A stretch of DNA of 40,976 bases from Verrucomicrobiota bacterium (GCA_033762115.1 JANRLX010000066.1:1-40976); one strand, 5' to 3'; shown: positions 8,823 through 17,874, counted from the first letter of the stretch. Numbers and translations are program-made. The notes: generated by a model not told the origin, from the letters alone.

Positions 8823-9371
8823 TCACTGTTTACGAATCACGATTCGGGCAGATTGAACACTTTCAGTGTTGAATCGGGAGTAAATATTATCGCGAGAACA
8901 GGTCCAGCGCAGTTGAACCAGTTTGCAGGTCGCCGCATTGGCAGTGGGATACTGGTTATAAGTGCCGTTGATGGGATTACGTTGAAAAATATTAAATTCC
9001 AGGTTGTCACACCCGGTCAGCAATACTTTGTCCGGCTGCCCGGTTTTTTGACGGATCAAGGTACGATTGGTGGGATTATAAACGTAGGTAAGGTTTGAGC
9101 CATCATGGTCCAAAAAAACAAGTTTCTGGCTGGTGGCTGAGAGAAGCTTTGTGGTTTGGCGGATTTGCTGGGACATCTGGTCAAGTGTACCGCGGCTGTG
9201 CTGATCCAGTTCAATGTAGTTAGCCATGGAGGCAAAACTGCGGCCCGTATAAAAGGTCAGCATCGCGACCGCTGAAAGAAGAATGGCGGCGATGGAGCCG
9301 CTGATCATGAACTCCACCAGAGTCATGCCCGCCCTGCGGTTGCGGTTAATAGATGTAATTTTGCAATCCAT
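8823..9371 (-). CDS. PilW/GspJ-like prepilin (copy 1)
   Basis: RRAG|MTLVEFMI class III signal; likely start ATG 9371 (MDCKITS). Confidence 0.82.
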   Translation of the reverse strand: MDCKITSINRNRRAGMTLVEFMISGSIAAILLSAVAMLTFYTGRSFASMANYIELDQHSRGTLDQMSQQIRQTTKLLSATSQKLVFLDHDGSNLTYVYNPTNRTLIRQKTGQPDKVLLTGCDNLEFNIFQRNPINGTYNQYPTANAATCKLVQLRWTCSRDNIYSRFNTESVQSARIVIRKQ

Positions 9372-9813
9372 AGCGGGAGACAAAAGTAATCATTTCACGG
9401 TTGCGCAGAATGCCAGCGGATTCCCATTGAACTTTCATTGTCACCTGACGCAGATCATTGCTGTAGGCTTCTGTGATTGGGCAGGCTGCAATGGTGACCG
9501 AACCGGTATAGACGACACCACTGTTTGCATTGGTGGTGGCATAGAAATCCTCGAGAAAATTAGTCGGTATGAAGTTGGGTGTATTTAACTGTTCCCAGGT
9601 GTAGAGGCGAATCGTCTCCATTTTTTCCTGAAGGATCTGGGTGGCGCGGAGATTTTCCCGGGCAAGTTGAACAACGGCGAAACCTGAAGAAAATCCGGAA
9701 TAGAGGGACACAAACATGATCCCGATAATCCCGACAGCAACCAACACCTCGACCATTGAGAAGGCCTGCCGAAAGCGCCGTCCATTTTTGAAATTAAAAG
9801 TCATCACATTCAC
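9346..9813 (-). CDS. PilV/GspI-like prepilin (copy 1)
   Basis: RQA|FSMVEVLVAVGII class III signal with E5. Confidence 0.82.
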   Translation of the reverse strand: MNVMTFNFKNGRRFRQAFSMVEVLVAVGIIGIMFVSLYSGFSSGFAVVQLARENLRATQILQEKMETIRLYTWEQLNTPNFIPTNFLEDFYATTNANSGVVYTGSVTIAACPITEAYSNDLRQVTMKVQWESAGILRNREMITFVSRYGLQNYIY

Positions 9814-9830
9814 CCACTATCTGGACATAT

Positions 9831-9846
9831 AGCAATTCGATTGCCG
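9831..9846 (-). promoter_or_regulatory. sigma-54 (-24/-12) promoter of the pilin cassette
   Basis: Minus strand CGGCAA-TCGAA-TTGCT = GG-N10-GC, 17 nt upstream of the first pilin start. Confidence 0.7.
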
Positions 9847-10031
9847 AAATCATATTTGAGAGAAAAGCGGAATAGCGGCTGATGAAAGTGTAGATTATGC
9901 GGAAGTGCACCGTTATCAAGCGTGTTTTGGGTATTCCTACCCAGGATTTAACACAAGCCACGTTACAAATTGCGGTCTCGACAGGACAGTTGTCCTGCCA
10001 CTGTCCAGCAACGAGACAAGCTCAGAATCAA

Positions 10032-12623
10032 CTACTTGAGTTTATTGAGTTCCGCCTCGGTCCATGCCTCTTCACGCTGGGCGGTGGAGTCGCGAATTTT
10101 TTTTACGAAATCCACAGAGACTGGCGAAGCGGTGTGCCCCCATTCACGCCGGATATAGGTGAGAAGAGAGGCAATTTGCTCATCCTCAAGAACATTGAGA
10201 GGAGGCATCTCCATTTCATAGACTTTTCCACGAACTGTCATGGGCCCCCGAACGCCGTGTAAAACAATCCGCACCAAACGTTCCGGCGAGCCGGTTGTCC
10301 ACTCTGAATCCGCCAGTGGAGGAGCAAGACCTTCCTGTCCCTGGCCATGTGGCTGGTGACAAGCGCCGCAAGTAAAAGTGTAAAGTTCCTTTCCGGCGGT
10401 GAAGAGCTTTTGTTCGTCGGCTGTGAGTTCAACGGGTTTGACCGTTTTCGTTTCTCCCGGTTTGCCGGGCCAGGAAAGAAGTGATTCAACCTTTGCAAAC
10501 AGCTCCGGTTCGGTGTGCGGTTGCAATTTGAGCAACGCGCTCGGCGCATGCTGGAAAAGAACAGTTTTTATCTTGGGTTCAGGTTTTTCTTTTTGAACGG
10601 GAGGCAAATGAGATGCCAGGCCGCTGAGCAGGGCGGTTGAACGCCACACATTTTTCTGCACTGTATTCGAAGAGTCCAGAACTGTTCCGGCCAGTTGCGA
10701 AGCGGCCAGTTCAAGAATGCCTGCGGTGGAACTTTCAGTGAGATCGGAGGTTGCTGAACGGGACAAAGCAGTGATGATCTCGGAACGGGCGGGGGAGGCA
10801 ACATTCCACTCAGGCAAACGGAACAAAGCATCGAGCAGCAGCAGTTCCTTGTTATTAACTCCGGAAATTACTGCATCACGGAACAGAGGGTTTGCCCCGT
10901 TTTTTTCAAGCAGCCTGGCGAGAGCCTCGTAAGCTGGCCTGGTATTCACTTCACCCAGCGTTAACGCCAGTTGCAGGCGGAGGTGGAAATCCGGGTCGTT
11001 CTCCAGGGTCAGCAGATTCGGCAGGATATGGTCTGGATCCTTGCCAAGTGCGTTTTCCAGCAGCCGCACTGCAGATTTCCGAACCTTTGCGTCCCGGGCA
11101 GTCAATAGATTCAGGAGCAGAGATTGATTCAGTTCTCCCCTTCCTTCCAGCACCCAGAGCGCATGCAAGGCGGCAGGGCTCTCCCGGTCTGTGACAATTT
11201 TTTCCAGTTTCTTTTTGAGCCCTGAGTTTTTGCTTTCCACCAAAAGGCGCTGGGCGGTATCGCGCGCCCAGCCATTCGTTGCTCCGAGCGCGTTGACCCG
11301 GTCCTCTTCGGTAGTGAGAGTGATTTTTGAGCGAGGTTTTGCCTTGCTAATGACTCGGTAAATGCGTCCCAAATTGAGCGGTTTGTCCAACCCGCGTTCA
11401 AGCGCCTGTTTGCGCAGATAAGTGGTTAAATAAATCCGGTGCTGAAGCACTCCGCGATACATATCCACTATGTACAACGCACCATCAGGTCCATTGAACA
11501 GATTGACCGGGCGAAACCGTTCATCTGTGGATGCGAGAAACTCTCGTTTATCAAATAGATTGACTGCCGAGAGGATGCCCTCTTTCTCAATCAATTTGTT
11601 GCAACGAACCACATTCGCGGTGGGTTCACAGAGGAAAACTGTTCCATAATATTCATCCGGAAAATTGTCGCCGCGATAAACACAAGGACCGCAAGCACCC
11701 GTAAAGGTGGCCAGGGTGCCATCCTCGCGTAACTGGCCTTTTTGATAGCCACGATTCACACCTGGATTGACGCGGATTGGCCATACCGCCTGATCTTTCA
11801 CTAATTGAACATTCCCGCCAAAACTTTTGTATCCCGGGTTTCTCAACAGATATTCCGCGGGAAGCAGATCGCCGCGGAGCTGGTCGCTATTCGAATTATA
11901 AAACAATCGTCCATGATCATCCTGAGTAATACCCCATTGACCTCGGAATATGGTCGGTTCCTCCTTTAAATTCCCATTGATGAATCGATGGCGCGATGTG
12001 TGGTTGGCGCTATAAATCCAATTGTCCAATCCCCAGAGCAGCCCGTTGGAGGTGTGTTCTGGATTTACCTGGCTTCCGTAGTTCGTTGAGAGAAGCAGTT
12101 TGCCGTCGGATTTGAGATCACCGTTACTGTCCTTGAAAAACCAGAGATTGGGAGGTTCGGCAATCAGGCAACCTCCCGAGACGAGCGCAATCGCGCGTGG
12201 CATAACCAAGCCGTCTGCAAAAACTGTGGATTTTTCCACCCGACCATCCCCATCTTCATCGAGCAGAACGGACACTCGGCCGATTGGGTTCTCCTCACCC
12301 AATCCATCCACGTTCGGCATGAAGCCGCGCATTTCCACGACCCATATCCGTCCCTGCGGGTCAAAACTCATTGCCACTGGAGCTTCGATTAATGGTTCAC
12401 TGGCCACGATTTCAATCGAGAACCCTTCCGGGAGGGTGAAACTTTTGAGAGCTTCCTCAGGCGAGAGGGGAGGCGCAGGAGGAATTTTGATTGCAGCGGG
12501 CGGCGGCTCCTGGATTTCTCCCGGCTTGTCCCCATTCTGAGCCAGGAGCGCCAGTGTTGCGCACAGGGGAAGGAACAGCGAGATCAGCAGGCGGCGCAAT
12601 GGAGCATGGATGTCAATTAACAT
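10032..12623 (-). CDS. PVC-type membrane-bound dehydrogenase-like protein (beta-propeller + HEAT repeats + cytochrome c)
   Basis: Signal peptide, F.LP.GF.IE..ASEP, GPDGALYIVDMYR, HEAT-like helices, C-terminal CGACH heme motif with distal Met (EMEMP). Confidence 0.88.
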   Translation of the reverse strand: MLIDIHAPLRRLLISLFLPLCATLALLAQNGDKPGEIQEPPPAAIKIPPAPPLSPEEALKSFTLPEGFSIEIVASEPLIEAPVAMSFDPQGRIWVVEMRGFMPNVDGLGEENPIGRVSVLLDEDGDGRVEKSTVFADGLVMPRAIALVSGGCLIAEPPNLWFFKDSNGDLKSDGKLLLSTNYGSQVNPEHTSNGLLWGLDNWIYSANHTSRHRFINGNLKEEPTIFRGQWGITQDDHGRLFYNSNSDQLRGDLLPAEYLLRNPGYKSFGGNVQLVKDQAVWPIRVNPGVNRGYQKGQLREDGTLATFTGACGPCVYRGDNFPDEYYGTVFLCEPTANVVRCNKLIEKEGILSAVNLFDKREFLASTDERFRPVNLFNGPDGALYIVDMYRGVLQHRIYLTTYLRKQALERGLDKPLNLGRIYRVISKAKPRSKITLTTEEDRVNALGATNGWARDTAQRLLVESKNSGLKKKLEKIVTDRESPAALHALWVLEGRGELNQSLLLNLLTARDAKVRKSAVRLLENALGKDPDHILPNLLTLENDPDFHLRLQLALTLGEVNTRPAYEALARLLEKNGANPLFRDAVISGVNNKELLLLDALFRLPEWNVASPARSEIITALSRSATSDLTESSTAGILELAASQLAGTVLDSSNTVQKNVWRSTALLSGLASHLPPVQKEKPEPKIKTVLFQHAPSALLKLQPHTEPELFAKVESLLSWPGKPGETKTVKPVELTADEQKLFTAGKELYTFTCGACHQPHGQGQEGLAPPLADSEWTTGSPERLVRIVLHGVRGPMTVRGKVYEMEMPPLNVLEDEQIASLLTYIRREWGHTASPVSVDFVKKIRDSTAQREEAWTEAELNKLK

Positions 12624-12625
12624 GT

Positions 12626-13117
12626 TTAGTTGGAGGATTTTTTTAACAACTTTTGCATCAAAATGTAAGTGGGAGTTTGGAACCCTTCATGGAAACAATC
12701 TTCCAGCCACGTAAAACCGAGCCGTTCGTAATATGCCCGAGTTGCTGGAAGGGCGATCCGGACTCCCAGGCGCACTGCGCTATAGCCTTCCCTGATAGCG
12801 AGTTGCTCAACCGCACGGATCAAAGAGCTTCCTACTCCCTGCCTCCGAAATTTCTGCAGAACCGAAAGTCGATCCAGATACATATGATCTGATTTACGCA
12901 GGTAAAAGACGCATCCGGCAGGCTCGTTGGAAACAGAGCAGATGAACGCCTGAAATGCTGCGAGTTTTTGGGTGATTGAGGCGAGGGACTCTGCATGAGC
13001 GCTTGAAGGGGGAATCAGGCGATGACGGTACTGTTCAAAAGCAGCATGAACCATGGCTAGCAGCAAGGGTGCATCCGATAATGTGGCTGCCCGGATTGAA
13101 AAGTGATCGCTGCTCAC
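12626..13117 (-). CDS. GNAT family N-acetyltransferase
   Basis: RRQGVGSSLI acetyl-CoA motif, YYERLGF. Confidence 0.9.
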   Translation of the reverse strand: MSSDHFSIRAATLSDAPLLLAMVHAAFEQYRHRLIPPSSAHAESLASITQKLAAFQAFICSVSNEPAGCVFYLRKSDHMYLDRLSVLQKFRRQGVGSSLIRAVEQLAIREGYSAVRLGVRIALPATRAYYERLGFTWLEDCFHEGFQTPTYILMQKLLKKSSN

Positions 13118-13542
13118 TCCTGCTGCGGTCTTGATTTCATGAATTCCCGAAGCACGGCAGGCTTTTTTTCCAAAAACGACGCAAGATCAGCCAGGCAGGA
13201 AACCGTTGCCGGGCTAAGATGATGCTCGATCCCTTCGATGTCCCGTTGCTGGGTGACCTGATCGAGACCGAGGATGGAAAAAAAACGGGTCAAGGTTTCG
13301 TGCCGTTGCTGGACTTTCCGGGCGACTTCGCGACCTTTGTCGGTCAGGATCAGGCCGCGATATTTTTCGTAATTCACATAACCCAGTTCCCCAAGTTTCT
13401 GTACCATGCTGGTTACCGAGGCCTGCTTCACGCTTAAAGAATTAGCGATATCCACGACACGGGCGTAGCCCTTTTCCTCGATCAACTCGTGGATACGCTC
13501 CAGGTAATCTTCGGCGCTTTGACTTGGAGAACCAGTTGACAT
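13114..13542 (-). CDS. mntR: DtxR/MntR family metal-dependent transcriptional regulator
   Basis: EDYLERI, HTH ARVVDIA..L.V..ASV, RHETL, EGIEHH; no FeoA/SH3 domain. Confidence 0.85.
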   Translation of the reverse strand: MSTGSPSQSAEDYLERIHELIEEKGYARVVDIANSLSVKQASVTSMVQKLGELGYVNYEKYRGLILTDKGREVARKVQQRHETLTRFFSILGLDQVTQQRDIEGIEHHLSPATVSCLADLASFLEKKPAVLREFMKSRPQQE

Positions 13543-13797
13543 TCAGGTTACTAAACACACGCTCCAGCGGCAACGCAAGCGCGGCATTTCTCAATTGCTT
13601 CATTGAAAGCTTACTCTGCCTGCGAGCGGGCGAGTTTACCTTCCAAGCTGAACGTTCCTCAGGTTTGTCCTGACCGAACAAGCCTTGGCTGGCCGTATGG
13701 TCGTTTCTCTCCTTGATCGGCATTCTTATTCCTGCTGACGGAAAACCATAAAGGAGGTCAGCAGGGAACTGGATTAATCGAATTAGAGACTGGAACG

Positions 13798-14604
13798 ATG
13801 AAAAAAGGACGACCACAGTGGGCCTGGCTCCAATCATGGGCGATTATCTGTTCAATATTTTTTCTGCTCGGTTGCGGGGGTGGTGGGGGAGGAGATAATA
13901 ATTCCAGCACTCCGGCCCCAAACCCGCAGAATCCCGGGAATTCCGGCCCTAATCTGGCCCCGCAATCAGTGGGAGGACAAACATTCAAACTGCAAAGCGG
14001 CAATGGCCTGCGCGAATTGCAGTTCAACACGGACAACACATGGACAGAAAATGGCACGGCTGGAAATTACAATTATCAGCGACTCAACGGAACTTCTGCA
14101 ACGGTGACTCTCAATGGTGGCAGTCAATCCAGCCAGTTGAGCCTGACATTCGCGAATAATAATGCAGGCAGTTATTCGCTCACCGGCTCGAATCCCGAGA
14201 ATGGAACATTCATGATGCAGGCCACTCCGGTTAATCCGGGAGGGGGGACGAATACCCCCCCAAACGAAGGGCTGGCCCCAACATCAATCGTAAACCTCAG
14301 GATGTTCGGCACTCGAGTTTCCACGTCGACAGGGCCTAATGGTCAGACCCACGTCTATGATTTTAGCGCCACGCGGTTCCATGACTCTGACCCGCCAGAG
14401 GAAAGCGATGGCAATTACACATGGAGTCCAATGGGTGATGAAGCACGCCTACTGCTCCAGTATACCGATCCGCAGGATTTTAACGGGGACCAGCACGATT
14501 TGCAGATGTCATTTGATACAGAAACAACCGGGACTTTCACTTCGACTTACAACCGCCGTGACGGTGTAATTATCAGTATCCAGGGGACGTTCAGGTTCGA
14601 GTGA
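13798..14604 (+). CDS. hypothetical lipoprotein with two repeated beta-rich domains
   Basis: Lipobox LLG|C, Gly/Pro/Asn linker, two domains each starting LAP.S (LAPQSVGGQTF, LAPTSIVNLRM). Confidence 0.75.
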   Translation: MKKGRPQWAWLQSWAIICSIFFLLGCGGGGGGDNNSSTPAPNPQNPGNSGPNLAPQSVGGQTFKLQSGNGLRELQFNTDNTWTENGTAGNYNYQRLNGTSATVTLNGGSQSSQLSLTFANNNAGSYSLTGSNPENGTFMMQATPVNPGGGTNTPPNEGLAPTSIVNLRMFGTRVSTSTGPNGQTHVYDFSATRFHDSDPPEESDGNYTWSPMGDEARLLLQYTDPQDFNGDQHDLQMSFDTETTGTFTSTYNRRDGVIISIQGTFRFE

Positions 14605-14750
14605 TGGTTGTTCATTCGAATTCGAATGCTTGTTTCAGGATTGCGCTCGTTTGCATATTCTCCCATTTAGTTGGAATGCAAACGAATTTCATCCGCGCTC
14701 TTTTTGGAAGAGTCCTGCGCCGTTTGTATCGTTCACCCCTGCTGTCCTGC

Positions 14751-15488
14751 ATGCAGACCTTTGCCATTGTTTCATTATGTTCAGTGCAGGTTATGGCGGG
14801 GGAAATCACGGTTTTTGCCGCTGCCAGCCTCACCGATGCCTTGCGCGAGATAGGGAAGGAATTTGAAAAAGAAAAGGGCGTCATTGTTCATTTCAGCTTT
14901 GGCGCCTCTTCCATCCTGGCCCGCCAAATCCAGGAGGGAGGGAGGGCAGATATTTTCTTTTCGGCGGATGAGGAGAAAATGGCGCTGCTTTCAAAAGCGA
15001 AATTGCTGGATGAATCCAGGAGAAGAGGGATTCTCGAGAACACCCTTGTGATCGTGACTCCGGAGAAGAGCCCTTTTCCAATTTCCTCTCCGAACGATTT
15101 GCTTAAATGCAAACGGCTGGCGCTCGCCGAAACCAGGACTGTTCCCGCCGGTATTTACGCCCGGCAGTTTTTGGAAAGAGAAAAGCTTTGGCGGGAACTC
15201 GAATCGAGAGTTATTAACGCTGAAAATGTTCGCGCTGCCCTCGCTGCCGTTGAATCCGGGAATGTCGAGGCGGGAATCGTTTACAAAACTGACGCAGCGA
15301 TATCAAAGCATGTCCAGGTGGCTTATGAAATCCAGGGCTCCTCGGCACCTCAGATCAGCTACCCGGCGGCAGTCCTTGCGGAGGCTCGGAACTCCAAAGG
15401 AGCGGAGGAATTTTTCAATTACCTTCAATCCAAAAAGTCCGTGCAGGTTTTTGAAAAATTCGGATTCCTCGTTAAAGGAGTCGAATGA
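14751..15488 (+). CDS. modA: molybdate ABC transporter periplasmic binding protein
   Basis: VFAAASL, FGASS.LA.QI..G..ADIF.SA, VPAG.YA, GIVY.TDA; start uncertain (14676 or 14751; the ORF extends to 14601). Confidence 0.93.
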   Translation: MQTFAIVSLCSVQVMAGEITVFAAASLTDALREIGKEFEKEKGVIVHFSFGASSILARQIQEGGRADIFFSADEEKMALLSKAKLLDESRRRGILENTLVIVTPEKSPFPISSPNDLLKCKRLALAETRTVPAGIYARQFLEREKLWRELESRVINAENVRAALAAVESGNVEAGIVYKTDAAISKHVQVAYEIQGSSAPQISYPAAVLAEARNSKGAEEFFNYLQSKKSVQVFEKFGFLVKGVE

Positions 15489-16153
15489 GTCCGGCCGAGT
15501 GGCAGGTCATCTCGTTCACTCTTGGCATGTCCCTGCTGGCCACGCTATTGATGACACCTTTCGGAATTGCCACTGGCTGGCTGCTCGCACGTAAAAACTG
15601 GATCGGCAAGAGCATCGTTGAAACGATTCTTTCCCTGCCCCTGGTCATTCCACCTGTGGCCACCGGGTTGATCCTGCTTAAATTATTTGGACGACGAGGC
15701 CCGGTTGGAAAATTTATCGAGGAGCATTTGGGCCTTGAAATCGTCTTTACCTGGAAAGGTGTCCTGATCGCTTTGGCGGTGATGTCATTCCCTCTGCTCG
15801 TGCGGACTTGTCGTGTTGGATTTGAGCAGGTGAACCCACGTTTTGAAGCGATTGCACGGTCCCTTGGCGCTTCACGCATGCGTACTTTTTTTACAATTAC
15901 ATTGCCTCTTGCGCGAAACGCCATTATCGCTGGCATGGCCCTCGCATTCGCCCGGGCGCTTGGTGAATTTGGCGCCACCATCCTCGTTGCTGGCGCGATT
16001 GAAGGGCAAACCATGACCATGTCCGTCTCAATCTTCAATTCCATCCAACTCGGTCGTGACGACCTGGCAATTCGCATGATTGGCATTTCACTGGTGCTTG
16101 CTTTTCTCGCGCTTTGGCTCAGCGAATATTTCCTCAGGAGGAGGCCACAGTGA
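15485..16153 (+). CDS. modB: molybdate ABC transporter permease
   Basis: LPLVIPPVATG, ARSLGAS, FARALGEFGAT motifs. Confidence 0.95.
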   Translation: MSPAEWQVISFTLGMSLLATLLMTPFGIATGWLLARKNWIGKSIVETILSLPLVIPPVATGLILLKLFGRRGPVGKFIEEHLGLEIVFTWKGVLIALAVMSFPLLVRTCRVGFEQVNPRFEAIARSLGASRMRTFFTITLPLARNAIIAGMALAFARALGEFGATILVAGAIEGQTMTMSVSIFNSIQLGRDDLAIRMIGISLVLAFLALWLSEYFLRRRPQ

Positions 16154-16809
16154 CAATGGTTGCATTTGAGTCCGTGAGGCTTTCGCTGGGGAAAATGAAC
16201 TTCAGCGCGAATTTTTCCTGCACATGCCAAAGGACTGGAGTTTTCGGTCCTTCAGGCAGTGGCAAAACCACATTGCTCGAAATCATTGCTGGTCTCGTTA
16301 AGCCGGACACTGGAAGCGTGAGTATAATGTCGCAGCTATTATGTAATGCGGCAGAGAAAATTTTTGTTCCTCCTGAGAAACGGCGGATCGGATATGTGCC
16401 TCAGGATCTTGCCCTTTTTCCTCACTTAACCGTGCGAAAAAATCTTCACTTTGCTTGCGCCAATGCTCCGGACCATCACCTGTTCGACAAGTTGGCTGGC
16501 ATTCTCGAGATTACTGAAATGCTCGACCGGGTTCCGGGGACTCTTTCGGGAGGTGAGCAGCAGCGTGTGGCGATTGGCCGTGCGCTTATGAGTGTGCCGC
16601 AACTCCTTTTACTCGATGAACCGCTCAGCCATCTCGATGCTCACTTGAAACAGCGCAGCCTCATAATGCTCAGGGAAATTCAGCAGGAATTTCGGATCCC
16701 GATTCTTTATGTGAGCCACGACTCCAACGAGATTCGATCCTTTTGCGACGAAGTGTTGATCCTGCAGAACGGATCAGTCACTGCACAACGGCCAGCGCAG
16801 GAGCTTTAA
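16150..16809 (+). CDS. modC: molybdate ABC transporter ATP-binding protein (short, no TOBE domain)
   Basis: GPSGSGKT, LSGGEQQR, LLLDEP, VSH; PPEKRRIGYVPQD. Confidence 0.88.
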   Translation: MTMVAFESVRLSLGKMNFSANFSCTCQRTGVFGPSGSGKTTLLEIIAGLVKPDTGSVSIMSQLLCNAAEKIFVPPEKRRIGYVPQDLALFPHLTVRKNLHFACANAPDHHLFDKLAGILEITEMLDRVPGTLSGGEQQRVAIGRALMSVPQLLLLDEPLSHLDAHLKQRSLIMLREIQQEFRIPILYVSHDSNEIRSFCDEVLILQNGSVTAQRPAQEL

Positions 16810-16821
16810 ATTAAAGCCAGA

Positions 16822-17838
16822 TTATTCACGCCCTGAGGCAGCGATGAATGGCTTCAATTCTTCCATCAATTTTGTGAAACCTTCGAGCGTCACCTGCTGG
16901 GCACCATCGCTCCACGCTTCCGCCGGGTTCGGATGCACTTCAATAATCAATGAATCCGCCCCCATTGCCACTGCACCTTTGCACATTGCTGTGACCAGAT
17001 CGGCGCGTCCCGCTCCCTGGCTTGGGTCAATCACAATTGGGCAGTGCGATTCTTTTTTGATGATCGGCACGGCCGTGAGATCGAGGGTGTTGCGAGTATA
17101 GGTTTCGAAAGTCCGAATCCCCCGTTCACAGAAGAGGAGGTTCGGATTTTCGTTTGAGAGAATGTACTCACCAGCCAGCAACCATTCTTCAATCCGCATG
17201 GAAAGGCCACGTTTAAGCATGACAGGTCGACCTGTTTTTGCCGCGGCGATCAATAATTGGAAGTTTTGGGCATTTCGTGCGCCGATCTGGAGGATATCTG
17301 CGTATTCCGCCACCATTTCAGCGTGGTCTTCGGAAAGCAATTCCGTGATGACAGCCAGACCGGTTTCACGGCGGGCCTTTGCCAGCAATTTCAATCCTTT
17401 CTCACCGAGACCCTGAAACTCATAGGGTGAAGTGCGTGGCTTGAAAGCGCCGCCGCGCAGAATCACCGCACCCGCTTCCCTGACCGCGTGGGCGGTGGTC
17501 ATGAGCTGTTTTTCGCTTTCGACGGAGCAGGGTCCTGCCATCATCACGAACTTTTTTCCGCCGATGGTCACATCCTTGTTAATCTTGACTGTCGAATTGG
17601 ACTTGTGTGCTTCACGGCTTACCAGTTTGAAGCGCTTTTGCACCGGCATCACTTTTTCCACCTGACTCCAGGCAGTGAGCGTCTCAAGGGTGTTGTGGGT
17701 CCGTTCGTCGCCAATCGCCCCGATTACAGTCCGTTCCACTCCGCGCATGACGTGTGGTTTGTAGCCGAGTTTTCGGATTTCCTTGAGGATTTCCAACTCT
17801 TCGCGTTTCGAGATATTCGGTTTAAGAACAACGATCAT
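16822..17838 (-). CDS. aroF: 3-deoxy-D-arabino-heptulosonate 7-phosphate synthase, type I-beta with N-terminal regulatory domain
   Basis: MIVVLKP N-terminal ACT-like domain, AGPCSVES, GGAFKPRTSPY, QIGARNAQNF, CERGIRTFE; start ATG 17838. Confidence 0.95.
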   Translation of the reverse strand: MIVVLKPNISKREELEILKEIRKLGYKPHVMRGVERTVIGAIGDERTHNTLETLTAWSQVEKVMPVQKRFKLVSREAHKSNSTVKINKDVTIGGKKFVMMAGPCSVESEKQLMTTAHAVREAGAVILRGGAFKPRTSPYEFQGLGEKGLKLLAKARRETGLAVITELLSEDHAEMVAEYADILQIGARNAQNFQLLIAAAKTGRPVMLKRGLSMRIEEWLLAGEYILSNENPNLLFCERGIRTFETYTRNTLDLTAVPIIKKESHCPIVIDPSQGAGRADLVTAMCKGAVAMGADSLIIEVHPNPAEAWSDGAQQVTLEGFTKLMEELKPFIAASGRE

Positions 17839-17874
17839 ATTTCTTTCTGGCAGACGGGCGCCCTGCGACTTAAC

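Noticed and set aside
13718..13733. Sigma-54-like CGGCATTCTTATTCCT upstream of the lipoprotein gene
   Set aside because: The -12 element reads TTCC rather than TTGC, so the near-invariant G is missing.
14613..14628. Perfect 16-bp palindrome CATTCGAATTCGAATG upstream of modA
   Set aside because: About one such palindrome is expected by chance in 41 kb, and it does not resemble a ModE box. No Moco riboswitch was recognisable either.
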